Of a stretch of 64,000 bases of DNA, positions 1 to 10,065 are shown one piece after another; within the stretch, counting starts at the first letter, position 1, and each line of letters opens with the position of its first letter. The notes under the pieces were generated by a model. It ran no database searches, had not been told where the DNA came from, and worked only from the letters and a program-made list of their open reading frames with translations. The DNA is from a virus (taxonomy: Duplodnaviria > Caudoviricetes). The DNA is taken from the IMG/VR virus record IMGVR_UViG_3300013426_000026, positions 1 to 64,000 of that record; one strand, written 5' to 3'. Made by a program: the position numbers and the translations under genes.

Positions 1-60
1 TATATAATATTTTTATTTAAATTTCAAGTGCCCCGCCGGAGGCATTTTCAAGTGGCATAT

Positions 61-336
61 TTACCAAGGGTCTACCATGCCAAAGTATTTAAAGTTAAAT
101 TCATTCCGTTCTTTGTTTTCGATTGCGCGTTCAATGTCCAGCCATTCAGATTTGGCTTTATTCCAAAAGTCAACAGATGTAAAAGTGAAGGTACAATCTT
201 GGCCCGAATGGTCATCTAGCATAAGATAAAGCTTGTAGGTGTCTTGGTAATAGTCGAAATTAACGCCTATGATTGCGCGAACCGGATAAGAAAGATAGTT
301 AGTGCCGTTGGTTGTAAAGCGAAAATAGGATTTCAT
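61..336 (-). CDS. hypothetical protein
   Basis: 91-aa ORF with GGAGGT RBS and TAA stop; tightly packed with the two upstream minus-strand ORFs. Confidence 0.7.
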   Translation of the reverse strand: MKSYFRFTTNGTNYLSYPVRAIIGVNFDYYQDTYKLYLMLDDHSGQDCTFTFTSVDFWNKAKSEWLDIERAIENKERNEFNFKYFGMVDPW

Positions 337-339
337 ATT

Positions 340-561
340 TTACCTCCAATCGTATGTAAGTTCTTCCCATATATCGCGCGTATCGGTAAAGTATTTATAT
401 TCGCTAAAACGATAAGTAATTACGCCGGATGAGCGTGTTGTAATTGCCATAAGGCTGGTATCATCTGATTCTGTTAGGAATTTAACCATAAGGATATCGT
501 CCAATAGGATTGAATAATCTTGCCCAGGAGCAATTGAGAAAGAGAAGAAGCGCGGTTGCAT
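340..561 (-). CDS. hypothetical protein
   Basis: 73-aa ORF with AGGAGG RBS, in an operon-like arrangement. Confidence 0.7.
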   Translation of the reverse strand: MQPRFFSFSIAPGQDYSILLDDILMVKFLTESDDTSLMAITTRSSGVITYRFSEYKYFTDTRDIWEELTYDWR

Positions 562-565
562 ATGG

Positions 566-1000
566 TCAATCCTCCTTAATGTTGGACATATAGGTGTCTA
601 CGACTCTAGTGTATTCGGCGTAGTCTACATTAATAGATGCTACAAAGATATTGAAGTCAAAGGTGGGTAAGCCGTCGTCATAAGGTTTTCTAGACGAACC
701 TGATGTTCGCGCGAAAAGGGAAATAGTCTTGCGCACTTCCTTGGGCATATGCACTTTGCCACTATTGGTAATATAGCCGACATAAAGTTGATGATTAGTG
801 TCTCCTGGAATGGCTAAGAAAGCCGGCATTTTTTCTTCGGTAAGTAGGTCCGCAATTGGGCAAAAGTCTTTAAGGCAATAGACGGTATCTTCGCGCAGTT
901 TGGTTTTGCGCATTGCGCCGTAGGTTGTGATGTATACGGTGTATTGAATATTATCTAGGCGAATAGAACCTACGTCGCCGGATTGGGTTCTGTAATTCAT
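566..1000 (-). CDS. hypothetical protein
   Basis: 144-aa ORF with AAGGAG RBS and a TATAAT box upstream near 1051-1056. Confidence 0.75.
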   Translation of the reverse strand: MNYRTQSGDVGSIRLDNIQYTVYITTYGAMRKTKLREDTVYCLKDFCPIADLLTEEKMPAFLAIPGDTNHQLYVGYITNSGKVHMPKEVRKTISLFARTSGSSRKPYDDGLPTFDFNIFVASINVDYAEYTRVVDTYMSNIKED

Positions 1001-1227
1001 TTTTATTATCTCCTTATTGGATAATTATATCTTTATTCTTTTTATATAAATATTATATAATATTTTTTTTATAAAAGCGAATAAATTAAAGTAAGTAAAC
1101 TTGTAGAAAGAAACTGATATCCAGGGTATGACAAACATTTCTACAAGTTTATCATAAGACTTTCTAGAAAGACCTGATGTTCGCGCGAATCTTTAATGTG
1201 TGGTCATAAAAAGTTGGACAAAACCAA

Positions 1228-1460
1228 AGTGTTAAAAAAATATGTTAAAAAAACTCATCCTTATATAAAAGAGGTAAAAAATGAGGGTAATTTTTAATAG
1301 TTGCTTATGAAAAGAGTGTTAATAAAAAGTGTTAAAAAAACTCATTTGTGGATAAAAGAGGTAAAATTTATGGGTAATTTTTAATAGTTGATGATAATCT
1401 ATTATATATTGTTAATAAAAAGTGTTAAAAAAACTCATTTTATAATAAATAGTTAAAAAA
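1228..1460. repeat. AT-rich imperfect ~90-bp tandem repeat with GTGTTAA(T/A)AAAA iteron-like boxes (candidate origin or operator)
   Basis: TGTTAAAAAAA(A)CTCAT occurs near 1243, 1330 and 1423; ATAAAAGAGGTAAAA...GGGTAATTTTTAATAGTTG occurs near 1265 and 1352; a further box lies near 2195. Confidence 0.7.
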
Positions 1461-1529
1461 ATTTTGGACAAAATGTTAAAATTGACAATGTAGAAATTTT
1501 ATAGTATTATAGAGAAAGGAGATGGCAAA

Positions 1530-2177
1530 ATGGTAAATAAAAAAATTTTTAAGCCTGAAAAAAATTCAAGATAGTTGCCAAGCGTAATGAAATATTGTGC
1601 AGATAAAAAATATAATGATTTAATGTATGGTTATTTGTAGAATATTTCGGATTATAATAAAGATAAACCAGAAGATAGAATAGTAAAAAAATCTGAGATT
1701 AATTTTACCCGTATTGGAGAAATGCTTAAAATTAGTAGGCAAACTGCATCTAAATATTTTAAAAATTTAGTTATGTTAGGATTAGTTGAAGAAGATATAT
1801 AGAATAAATAGTATTTATTAAAGAAATTGCCTATGGATTGTGCATATTTAATTCCAAAAGCTACATTATAGTTATTAATAGATACGTTAAGTGAAAAGTG
1901 TATTTCTACTTATATGTTTTTATTTGGGTTATATTGTAGTAATAATTTATAGCCATATACTGTATCATTAAGTGCTATTAAAACATTTGTTGGTATGAGT
2001 GATGATAATGGTCATAGCAATAGTGTTTTTACTAATATATTTTTTGCATTAAAACGTCTTGGCTTATTAGATTATCATTTATCAACTTAGGTTAAAAGTG
2101 GTTTTGAAAATACGAAGACTTAGTATGTTATTGATTGCGTGAGACATAAGGTTGATATGACTGACCCTAATGGTTAA
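1530..2177 (+). CDS. winged-HTH DNA-binding protein, possible replication initiator (TAG=Gln, 215 aa)
   Basis: AAAGGAG RBS; open from ATG1530 to TAA2177 if 8 in-frame TAG are read through; HTH-like INFTRIGEMLKISRQTASKYFKNLVMLGLV; absent from the ORF track. Confidence 0.75.
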
Positions 2178-2443
2178 CAAAGCTCATCCTGAGAGTGTTA
2201 ATAAAACTCACCATCGTTGTTAAAAAAAATACAATCTTAATAAATAGAAATATGGGTTGAATAAATACGCCTCCCGCGGGGCTAGAATGTTATATCTTTT
2301 CGCTACGCTCAAGATATAACATTCTAGACGAGTTGTTTCTGGTTGAGTCGGTCTGGGGCTTATGTTTGAGGTGAATAGACTTGATGTAGAAAATGAAATG
2401 AAAAAATCATATTTGAAAAAGAAAGAAAGAGAGAGATTAAGTA

Positions 2444-2743
2444 ATGAGTTATTATCATTATGCTCCTGATGAATATATTATAGTTGGTAAAGATAATATT
2501 GATAAGGTATATAACATAATTTAGTATTTACCATTAGATACTTAGATGAAGATTATATTTGGTTGGTTAGCATCTGAGGGTAATAAGAGTGAGTGGTTAT
2601 ATGAAAGATTTGATTTTGATGAACCATTAAGTGTATATATTGATTTAGTTAAAGAAATATTAACTTAGGACGCTCCTGACTATGGTTATGACCATATATT
2701 GGAGGAATTAAACAAAAAGGATGAATAGAATGTTATTAATTGA
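2444..2743 (+). CDS. hypothetical protein (TAG=Gln)
   Basis: MSYYHYAPDEY... stays open to TGA2743 only with TAG readthrough. Confidence 0.6.
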
Positions 2744-3053
2744 TGAAAAGAAGTTATCATAGACGACTATTGAGGCTATTGGTCATAATTATGGCATAAG
2801 TGATGCAGGATTAATGTTTGATGAATATGCTAAGAAGGTATGTTAGGTATTGTAGGTCAAGAAGAAGAAAGGTATTGATAATAAAGTAATAGGGCAATTA
2901 AAACTTTGTGGATTAAGGGTTTATCTTTATAGCTTAACGGGGAAAGAAATGAATGCAAGGTCATATGCTGAATGGTTAGGAAAAGAATGCACATAGAGTA
3001 TTAGAAAAGATTTTAATAATGGATTAGAGGATTTAAAGGCTAATGGAGAATAA
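2721..3053 (+). CDS. hypothetical protein (TAG=Gln)
   Basis: MNRMLLIDEKK... stays open to TAA3053 with TAG readthrough; overlaps the end of the previous gene. Confidence 0.6.
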
Positions 3054-3358
3054 TTTTTATTTATAAGAGTAAAAATTGGTAAGGAGTGGTAGTAAAATGA
3101 TAACAAAATGGATAAAAAATGGAATAAATTGATGCCGATTGGTGAAAGTTGCCTGCCCTTATGCACAATATGTATTTTAATTTTTTAATCTATATTCGAC
3201 CATTATCAATCACAAAATTTTAATTACCATATATTACCATTTCTTCCATCTTTTGGAATTTGAATTTTAAAAAAAATTTTGTTATAATATATATACAAAA
3301 AATAAATAATAAAGAAAGAAGGAGTAAGACCTCTTTTACGAGGTCTGAAAGACCGAGT

Positions 3359-3748
3359 ATGTATGATTTTTATGAACGCCTGAAGAATGGCGAAAGTGCT
3401 GAAGATATTGCCAAGAGTATCACTGATGAATTGAATAAGGCTCAGGCCAAGAGAGATGAAGAAAAGGCTAAGGCCGAAGAAGCTTCCAAGAGAAACGCAA
3501 CAAAGAAGGCGGATGCCGAGGTTATCGCTAACGCGCTTAACGCTTATCTTGAAAAGTATTATGGACATAAGGATAAGATTGCCGTTGAAGATTTCATGTC
3601 TACTATTGACGCTTCTGTAAAGCTTGCCGATAAGTTTGGTAGTATCTTTGAAGAAGTTAAGGCTACGCCCAAGAAGGTAAAGGTATCTCTCAAGGATAAG
3701 GATATTGATGAAGTATTTGATAACCTTTTTGAAAAAATGGGTTGGTGA
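3359..3748 (+). CDS. hypothetical coiled-coil protein
   Basis: MYDFYERLK..., no TAG; TTGAAT-17-TATAAT promoter at 3260-3288; hairpin terminator at 3751-3778. Confidence 0.8.
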   Translation: MYDFYERLKNGESAEDIAKSITDELNKAQAKRDEEKAKAEEASKRNATKKADAEVIANALNAYLEKYYGHKDKIAVEDFMSTIDASVKLADKFGSIFEEVKATPKKVKVSLKDKDIDEVFDNLFEKMGW

Positions 3749-3983
3749 GTGGAGGGTTAACACCCTCCCCTCTTTTTTATATATGGGTGAATGAATTGGA
3801 CGCTTGTCGGCCAATTCCTTCACCCGAAAGGTCCTACTCAGCCCGAATGGGATGAGCTAGGGCCTTGTTTTTCTATGCGCGCAAGTAATGATTTAAAAAA
3901 TCAAAAGAAAATTCTAAAAAACCAAATGAAAGCGCGCAATTTGATTATTTATATATAATATGTTATAATATAGTGGGAGTTTG

Positions 3984-4682
3984 TTATTCAGCCTTTTCCT
4001 ACCATGCCTTTAATTTCCATAAAGATACACTATCAGGCACAAATTTATACTATGAATAGAACTAATCTTTTGCTCTTTCCCAGCATGCTCTATGTATTTT
4101 ATAAATATAATCTTTAACTTCTTTCTCAGTCAATTCACCATTATCGCCTAAGCTTTGATATTCAGCTATTAATTCAGCTCGGCCTTCGCCATCTTCACTA
4201 ATATATATCTATATTAATTTTTTCCAAGTAGCTAATTGGCCAGGAGTTAACGGAATAAAATCAACTTCTTCGCCATAATATCTATGACACCAAACTCGCC
4301 TATCTGTAATAGCTATTTTCGGCAAATTCTCTCTTACATATTTATAAGAAGTATCAAATGAATGATTGAGCTTTTTTATTTCTTTACCCTATTGGATTAC
4401 TCGTCCCGTGCAAGTTTTATACATTTGTAAGGGCGTTTCTTTAATAACATTTTCTATACCACGTTGGTATAATTCATTATTACTTTCTTTGTCTCTTGGA
4501 TTAATATAATTTGGTTCATAAACTTTTATTATTTTTATTTTACGTTTTACTTCTTCAAAATCAGCAAAATATTTTAGATATTCCAATTTTTTTCTTTTGG
4601 TTTTTGTAAATGATGGGGGTTTTATCTAAAACCATTCTGCTAATTCTTCATTAGTATATATTTTTCCTTCTTCTAATATCAT
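3984..4682 (-). CDS. hypothetical protein, possibly DNA-binding (TAG=Gln, 232 aa)
   Basis: GGAGG RBS; MILEEGKIYTNEELAEWFQIKP... open to TAA with 6 TAG read through; includes track ORF 4389..4586. Confidence 0.75.
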
Positions 4683-4913
4683 TTTATCCTCCAAGCAATT
4701 TTATACCACGAAAATCCACAGTACATATTTCTTAGGAGTGGATTTTCGTGGTATGTTTTATTAGATTTTTAAGTGGTAGCGCGCGTTTCTATGGTATAAA
4801 AATGTCCTTTATACCATTATATATTAAAATCTATAGTATGGCCATTATCCTAACGTGCCCAATTTGATTTTTAATAAAAAATATGATATAATAAAAGAGA
4901 GAATTATTTTTAA

Positions 4914-4945
4914 AAGGGAAGGCTATTTCGGCCTTCCCTTTCTTT
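4914..4945. terminator. intrinsic terminator-like hairpin
   Basis: AAAGGGAAGGC-loop-GCCTTCCCTTT flanked by A/T runs. Confidence 0.55.
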
Positions 4946-5220
4946 TATCTACTGGCAATATAGCGGATACTTTATTTAAAAAACTTATGTCTTTTATCAA
5001 AACTTCTGCATTTATAAAGCTATTGAAAGGCGCAAGAAGTTTTATTTATATGTGATATTTTTACAATAGGGCTAATACGATACTAATGTCCCGAAATTTT
5101 TCGCCTTAAATATATCTTAGTACGAAAAGAAATGGGACATTGCGGAAAGACCTTGTGCAAATTTATTAAGAATTTTGCAATATTTTTGGAGTCTATAGGG
5201 ATAAACTATATTGCTAAAAT

Positions 5221-5307
5221 CCTAACTAGTAAAAATTGCGTTTCCTAACTAGTAAAAATTGCGTTTCCTAACTAGTAAAAATTGCGTTTCCTAACTAGTA
5301 AAAATTG
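5221..5307. repeat. perfect 23-bp tandem repeat (3.8 copies)
   Basis: CCTAACTAGTAAAAATTGCGTTT at 5221, 5244 and 5267, with a partial copy at 5290; no spacers. Confidence 0.95.
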
Positions 5308-5630
5308 TCATAAAAATTTAAATAGAAATATTTATTCTATATATCTCCCCATTATATTATAACAAATAATTTTATAAAAGTCAAATAGTAAATAAGGCAC
5401 TGGATTCCGGGAAAAGGGCGCATATGATAAAATCCTGCTAGATTGAGCAAAAAATTGCCATATGATGGGTTGGAGGGAAATACGGCACATTGCGCCAGCA
5501 ACGTGCCGACCAGATATTACCATATGTGTAAATGAATACCAAATCCAAAATCTACCAGCGCTTCCAAAAATTTCCTTGGAAAAATTTTCCAGTAGATGGC
5601 AGAAAAAGGATGGGAATTTCTCCCATCCAT

Positions 5631-5990
5631 TTATTTCCTTGGGCGCATCAGGGTCAATCGGTATTTTCTTCCATTGTAAGTAAATTCCATTTCTCTCTCA
5701 GGATTTGTAATTACAATATTATCCAAATCCATATCGTAGTGATGAGCATCTTCCAGCTTATCTTCCAAATACTGGATAAGGTCGCGCTTATCTTCATCGG
5801 CTTTCTTTTCGCGCTTCACATGGTCAACCTGTTTCCGGTCTGCTCTTCGCGCCTTTTTAGCTCCGGCTTCAAGCTCCGGTGGTAGCTCGAAAAGCTTTTC
5901 CCCTCTGTCTATTCTCTTATCTGTCTCTTGGACTTTGCGCGCTTCATCTTCTGTAATGTTAAGCGCCTGCGCCAACTCTTTCAAATCCAT
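5631..5990 (-). CDS. hypothetical protein, paralog of 8131..8514
   Basis: shares DK.IDR..K.F.L.PE and N..RE..FT....KY..TL...RK with 8131..8514; AGAGGA RBS. Confidence 0.85.
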   Translation of the reverse strand: MDLKELAQALNITEDEARKVQETDKRIDRGEKLFELPPELEAGAKKARRADRKQVDHVKREKKADEDKRDLIQYLEDKLEDAHHYDMDLDNIVITNPEREMEFTYNGRKYRLTLMRPRK

Positions 5991-6152
5991 ATGTTTTTCA
6001 TCCTCTTTTGGCTCTAAACGCCAAAATTTTTTCCGGCGCGGTTTCTCGTTCGTGCGCGCTCAAAAAGTAGATAATCTTAAACCGATTCGTAGGTAAAAAT
6101 CTATATGTTTTGAGCGTGGGGAGAGAGTTTTTGCGCCCTCTCCCCGCAAGCC

Positions 6153-6551
6153 TTACGCAATAACCTTGGTGTAGAACATCTTGCGCTTTTCAATGGTCTT
6201 ACTGACCTTACCATCACCAACAAGCACCGCCATAATAGACGCCATACGCTGATTAGACATCGGCGTTTCATGCGCGCCATCATATTCTGCCACAAGCGGA
6301 AGTTCCTTGAGCAGGTCGGGCATGCCGTAGACTCTGTTCTCTTCCATCTGGTCATATACCTTACTGGCGAGTTCCAGCTTTTCGGTGTTTACCTTGGGTG
6401 TGCCATCCTTATTCTTGTTGCTCTTGGAAACACTTGCCAAAAGCGCTTCAAGCTTCTCGCGCACTTCATCGGTAATAGGTTCGCCGTTCAGGACAACATT
6501 CAGAGCGTTCGCATAAGTCATTTGATTCTTCTTCATGGTATCATTCTCCAT
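6153..6551 (-). CDS. putative winged-helix DNA-binding protein, paralog of 8562..8993
   Basis: C-terminal QM...R.Y...DL.KELP.V...Q.MAS.M..LV.DG.V.KT.EKRK shared with 8562..8993; true start may be ATG6536. Confidence 0.8.
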   Translation of the reverse strand: MENDTMKKNQMTYANALNVVLNGEPITDEVREKLEALLASVSKSNKNKDGTPKVNTEKLELASKVYDQMEENRVYGMPDLLKELPLVAEYDGAHETPMSNQRMASIMAVLVGDGKVSKTIEKRKMFYTKVIA

Positions 6552-6764
6552 TCTAGCGGTAGGACGCTACCCTAATTTTTTTTTGTTCCTCTCTTGGAAC
6601 AATTATATTGTATCACAAACTCTTGTGTTTGTCAATACCTTTTGGAAAATTTACTTAGGAAAATTTTTCGTGGCGGTTAGAACTTCGCGCGTTTCATTTT
6701 TTTGTTCGCTCTAGCTCTCATCTATGGTCAAAATGCTTAATTCCGCGCTGTGGGGAGAGGACTA

Positions 6765-7631
6765 TTAAAAGTCCTCTAAGCCCCAATCCTTGTCAAATCT
6801 TCCCAGCTTACGGAACGGGAAATATTCAATGCCCATTTCAAACTTGTGCTTGGTCTTTTTGGTAATGAGCGCGAACAGCATAGATTCAATCATAGCATCT
6901 TCAAGTGCAGTATGCGCTTCTTCAAAATCTACGTTATCAAAGCAGAAAGCGAAAGCTTTTTCCGCATTTGTCGGATAATACTTTCCGCTTGCGCTTCTCC
7001 AACCATTATCATAACAAGCTTGTTTGTATTCCGGCGTATTAAGCAAGTGTTCACAGGACAAGCCCCACAAATCAAACAGCGGATATTCCTTACCACGGAA
7101 ACGGAAAATAGTAGGTTCAAATTCTTTCTGCCCGCGCGGTTTATATCCCTTTGCGATATCATCACATCTTGACTTCTGGAACTCATACCACTTGAAATAA
7201 TCCGGCGAATACAATTCACTGATATAGAGGTCAGTAAACGGAATTGCTTTCTTAAAGTCAAACATGGAGTTATAAGCGCCAACTGCTTCAACCGCGTCCA
7301 AATCTTCTACAAGTTCCGCAACTGCCTTTTTCCAATCGGTCAACTGGATTTCGCCTTTGTCCAAACGCTCAAGATAAATCGGACGCTTGCTTGCATAGTA
7401 TGCGGTATTGAAAACATCCGGCACGCTAAAAATCTCAGAAATAAGATAAGACGCGCGCTTGTAGACATTGCCTTTAACATCTACAATCTGCCAACCTAAA
7501 TCATAAATAAGCGGTTTAGCGATTGCAATATTCTTACGCTGTTCCGCGCCATACTTGATTGCATACGGAAGCGTAGCAGTTTCGCAGTCGAGGATAAGAT
7601 AATACTTTCTTCTTTTGTCAAGCTTAGTCAT
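6765..7631 (-). CDS. DEDDh (DnaQ-like) 3'-5' exonuclease
   Basis: ExoI LILDCETA, ExoII AYNSMFD and ExoIII AHTALEDA motifs. Confidence 0.85.
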   Translation of the reverse strand: MTKLDKRRKYYLILDCETATLPYAIKYGAEQRKNIAIAKPLIYDLGWQIVDVKGNVYKRASYLISEIFSVPDVFNTAYYASKRPIYLERLDKGEIQLTDWKKAVAELVEDLDAVEAVGAYNSMFDFKKAIPFTDLYISELYSPDYFKWYEFQKSRCDDIAKGYKPRGQKEFEPTIFRFRGKEYPLFDLWGLSCEHLLNTPEYKQACYDNGWRSASGKYYPTNAEKAFAFCFDNVDFEEAHTALEDAMIESMLFALITKKTKHKFEMGIEYFPFRKLGRFDKDWGLEDF

Positions 7632-8130
7632 AGGTTTAACCGTCCTTTAATATAGTCAATAGGGCTTGCCATCGCTTCCCTTATTGCTCTTTAATTATAT
7701 CATGGAAATAAGCATTTGTCAAGAAGTTTTTTTTATATCTTGAAAATTCTTTTTAATGCTTTAACCACTCGCGCCCAAACGCGCTTCTTTTTTTATCTAT
7801 AGATAGTTTATCACACTTTGCCCAATTTGTCAACAAGTATTTTTATCCATTTTTTGTGCATGAATATACAATACCATTAAATGGAAGTGTGCGCCGTGCG
7901 CGGACACTTTAGCGCTTTAGCGTATTAAAGTGGCGCACTTTAGGGATTTAATACTTTAGTCAAATGAAGTTGGATTTCGCTGGAAAAATTGGTAGAAGCT
8001 GGAAAAATCTAAAATTCTGCGCGTGGTGTCCCATCACGCGCAGGCCAAATGTCAATAGGCAAAATGCACAAATTTTATGGAAAAACATAGAAAAAATGGT
8101 AGAAAATACAAATTTTCTACCATTTTCTTC

Positions 8131-8514
8131 TTATTTTCTGTTTTTAATGAGTGTAATTGTGTATTTATTCGCGCCAACCGTGAATTTTATCTCCCTATCC
8201 ACGTTAGAAATGGAAATATTTTCACAATCTACATCACATTGCGCTAAAAAATCAGCAATTCCGGCAATTACAGCTTTCTTTTCATCGTCAATCTTCTTTG
8301 TTTTGACCGTTTTCTTTGTCATTGTGTGTTCCGTCACGTTTGCCAACTTCATAGCTTTCTTATGCTCTTCTGGACTAAGGTCAAAATCAACTTTCTGATT
8401 GCGGTCAATAGCTTTGTCGGCATCCAGAATGTCAACTGCTTCTTCAATCGAACATTCTAGTTTTTCAACTAGATTATCAACTTTTGCCCATTCCTTTTCA
8501 GACAAATTTCTCAT
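8131..8514 (-). CDS. hypothetical protein, paralog of 5631..5990
   Basis: sequence similarity to 5631..5990; GGAG RBS. Confidence 0.85.
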   Translation of the reverse strand: MRNLSEKEWAKVDNLVEKLECSIEEAVDILDADKAIDRNQKVDFDLSPEEHKKAMKLANVTEHTMTKKTVKTKKIDDEKKAVIAGIADFLAQCDVDCENISISNVDREIKFTVGANKYTITLIKNRK

Positions 8515-8561
8515 TCTTCACTCTCTCCTACTGGTTCAGGGTGGGGCATATGCCCCATCCC

Positions 8562-8993
8562 TTACGACTTCTTGTAGCTCACCTTACGCTTTTCCGTAGT
8601 CTTAATAACGCGCCCATCATCTACAAGAGGCTTCATCAGAGACGCCATCTTCTGCGTGTTCATTTCCTTGCCGGTAATTTCCAGATACTCTTCAACCACC
8701 GGAAGCTCTTTCATCAGGTCGGACGTGCTGTATGTGCGGTCTGCGTCCATCTGCTCCCAAATATGCTCAGTAAACACAAGGTTCTGTTCCTGTTCCTTGG
8801 ACAACTTCTTTTCGCCGTCTGCGCTACTCTTCTTACGATTATCGAGCATCTCAATCTGGTGATTGATAAAGTCAATCATTTCTGTCTGATTCTTCTGGAA
8901 ATCCTCTTCATCGCTTTCAACGCTTGCAATGAAGTCAGAAATACGAACAAACATTTCACGACGCGTAATCTTATTCTTTTCCATTTTTATCAT
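8562..8993 (-). CDS. putative winged-helix DNA-binding protein, paralog of 6153..6551
   Basis: sequence similarity to 6153..6551; own promoter at 9037-9065. Confidence 0.8.
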   Translation of the reverse strand: MIKMEKNKITRREMFVRISDFIASVESDEEDFQKNQTEMIDFINHQIEMLDNRKKSSADGEKKLSKEQEQNLVFTEHIWEQMDADRTYSTSDLMKELPVVEEYLEITGKEMNTQKMASLMKPLVDDGRVIKTTEKRKVSYKKS

Positions 8994-9309
8994 TTCCTTT
9001 CTGGTGTTTAGGATTTTCCTTTCCTTTGTTGACTTAATTATATCATATCAGGTGGGGTTTGTCAAGACTTTTTTTAATTTTTTTTCAACCTTTTTCTTGA
9101 CTTCCTTATACGCTCGACAGGGTTTTGTTGCAAGACTTACTAGCCCCTCCTGACATTATGTAGTATAGCACATTTCAGGAATTCTGTCTATGGGCAAAAT
9201 ACACAAAATTTGCATGAAAAAATTGTGCAATCTGCTTAAAAATTAAAACTCCCGCCGTGTGGAGCGTACACGGCGGGGCGAAATCTTCAACCCCACCGCT
9301 TCCAATTAT

Positions 9310-9636
9310 TTACATTGAAATTTCTTCCTCTTCACAAGCCACTTCCAAAAGATTACAGATATTCAAAATATCGTAAAATTCCGGCTTTTCAAAATCATCA
9401 TCATCGTTAAATGTATCTTCCCAGCAAATACACCCGCAATATTCGCCATCAAGATTTATCGGATAACAGCACCAGCCATTTCCAATTTTTGACACCTCTT
9501 TCATGTTGTGTGGAAACCAGCAATCTTTTGCGCCGACATTATAGCTTGCAACTGGCGCTCCATCTGCGCCATGAATTGCAACTGGTACTTCGTTTCTTCT
9601 AAACCAAGCAATGATAACTTTAATAAGAAATTCCAT
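9310..9636 (-). CDS. hypothetical protein
   Basis: 108-aa acidic ORF with GAGGGG RBS. Confidence 0.7.
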   Translation of the reverse strand: MEFLIKVIIAWFRRNEVPVAIHGADGAPVASYNVGAKDCWFPHNMKEVSKIGNGWCCYPINLDGEYCGCICWEDTFNDDDDFEKPEFYDILNICNLLEVACEEEEISM

Positions 9637-9785
9637 GTTTTACCCCTCTACCAAATTCTGTCTAATGTATTCTTCATCTTCGTAAAAGAACTCGCCCCAA
9701 GGATATTTGCAAATGTAAAGAGCATCTGTATCATCCCAAGCCATTACAAGGGCGACGTGCGCGCCCTTGTTAAATTTCTTTCCTC

Positions 9786-10061
9786 TCATACATTAAGCCC
9801 TTTCTTTCCATCAAGAATAGCTTGAATATCTTCGGTACTCATGTTATTGAGCTTTTCTTCAATTTCGTGAAGAATTGTACCATCATCGCCGTAAATTGAT
9901 TCGGAAATATCCAACCATTCATTATAGCAATGAATAATGACTGCATCATCTTCATCTACTAAACCGCCACAGCAACCACAAATAATGTAGTGCAAATCAG
10001 GTACATAAATACCGCCCTGAACATTGCCCTCGCCATCCATGAAAATAACCTGTTTGTTCAT
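9786..10061 (-). CDS. hypothetical protein (CGCCG motif)
   Basis: 91-aa ORF with RBS; lies downstream of promoter 10289-10317. Confidence 0.7.
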   Translation of the reverse strand: MNKQVIFMDGEGNVQGGIYVPDLHYIICGCCGGLVDEDDAVIIHCYNEWLDISESIYGDDGTILHEIEEKLNNMSTEDIQAILDGKKGLNV

Positions 10062-10065
10062 TGTA

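Noticed and set aside
3828-3867. Structured ncRNA after the terminator of 3359..3748
   Set aside because: Only one imperfect hairpin, with no recognisable family features or promoter.
5221-5307. CRISPR mini-array
   Set aside because: The repeats are contiguous with no spacers, and there are no cas genes in the window.
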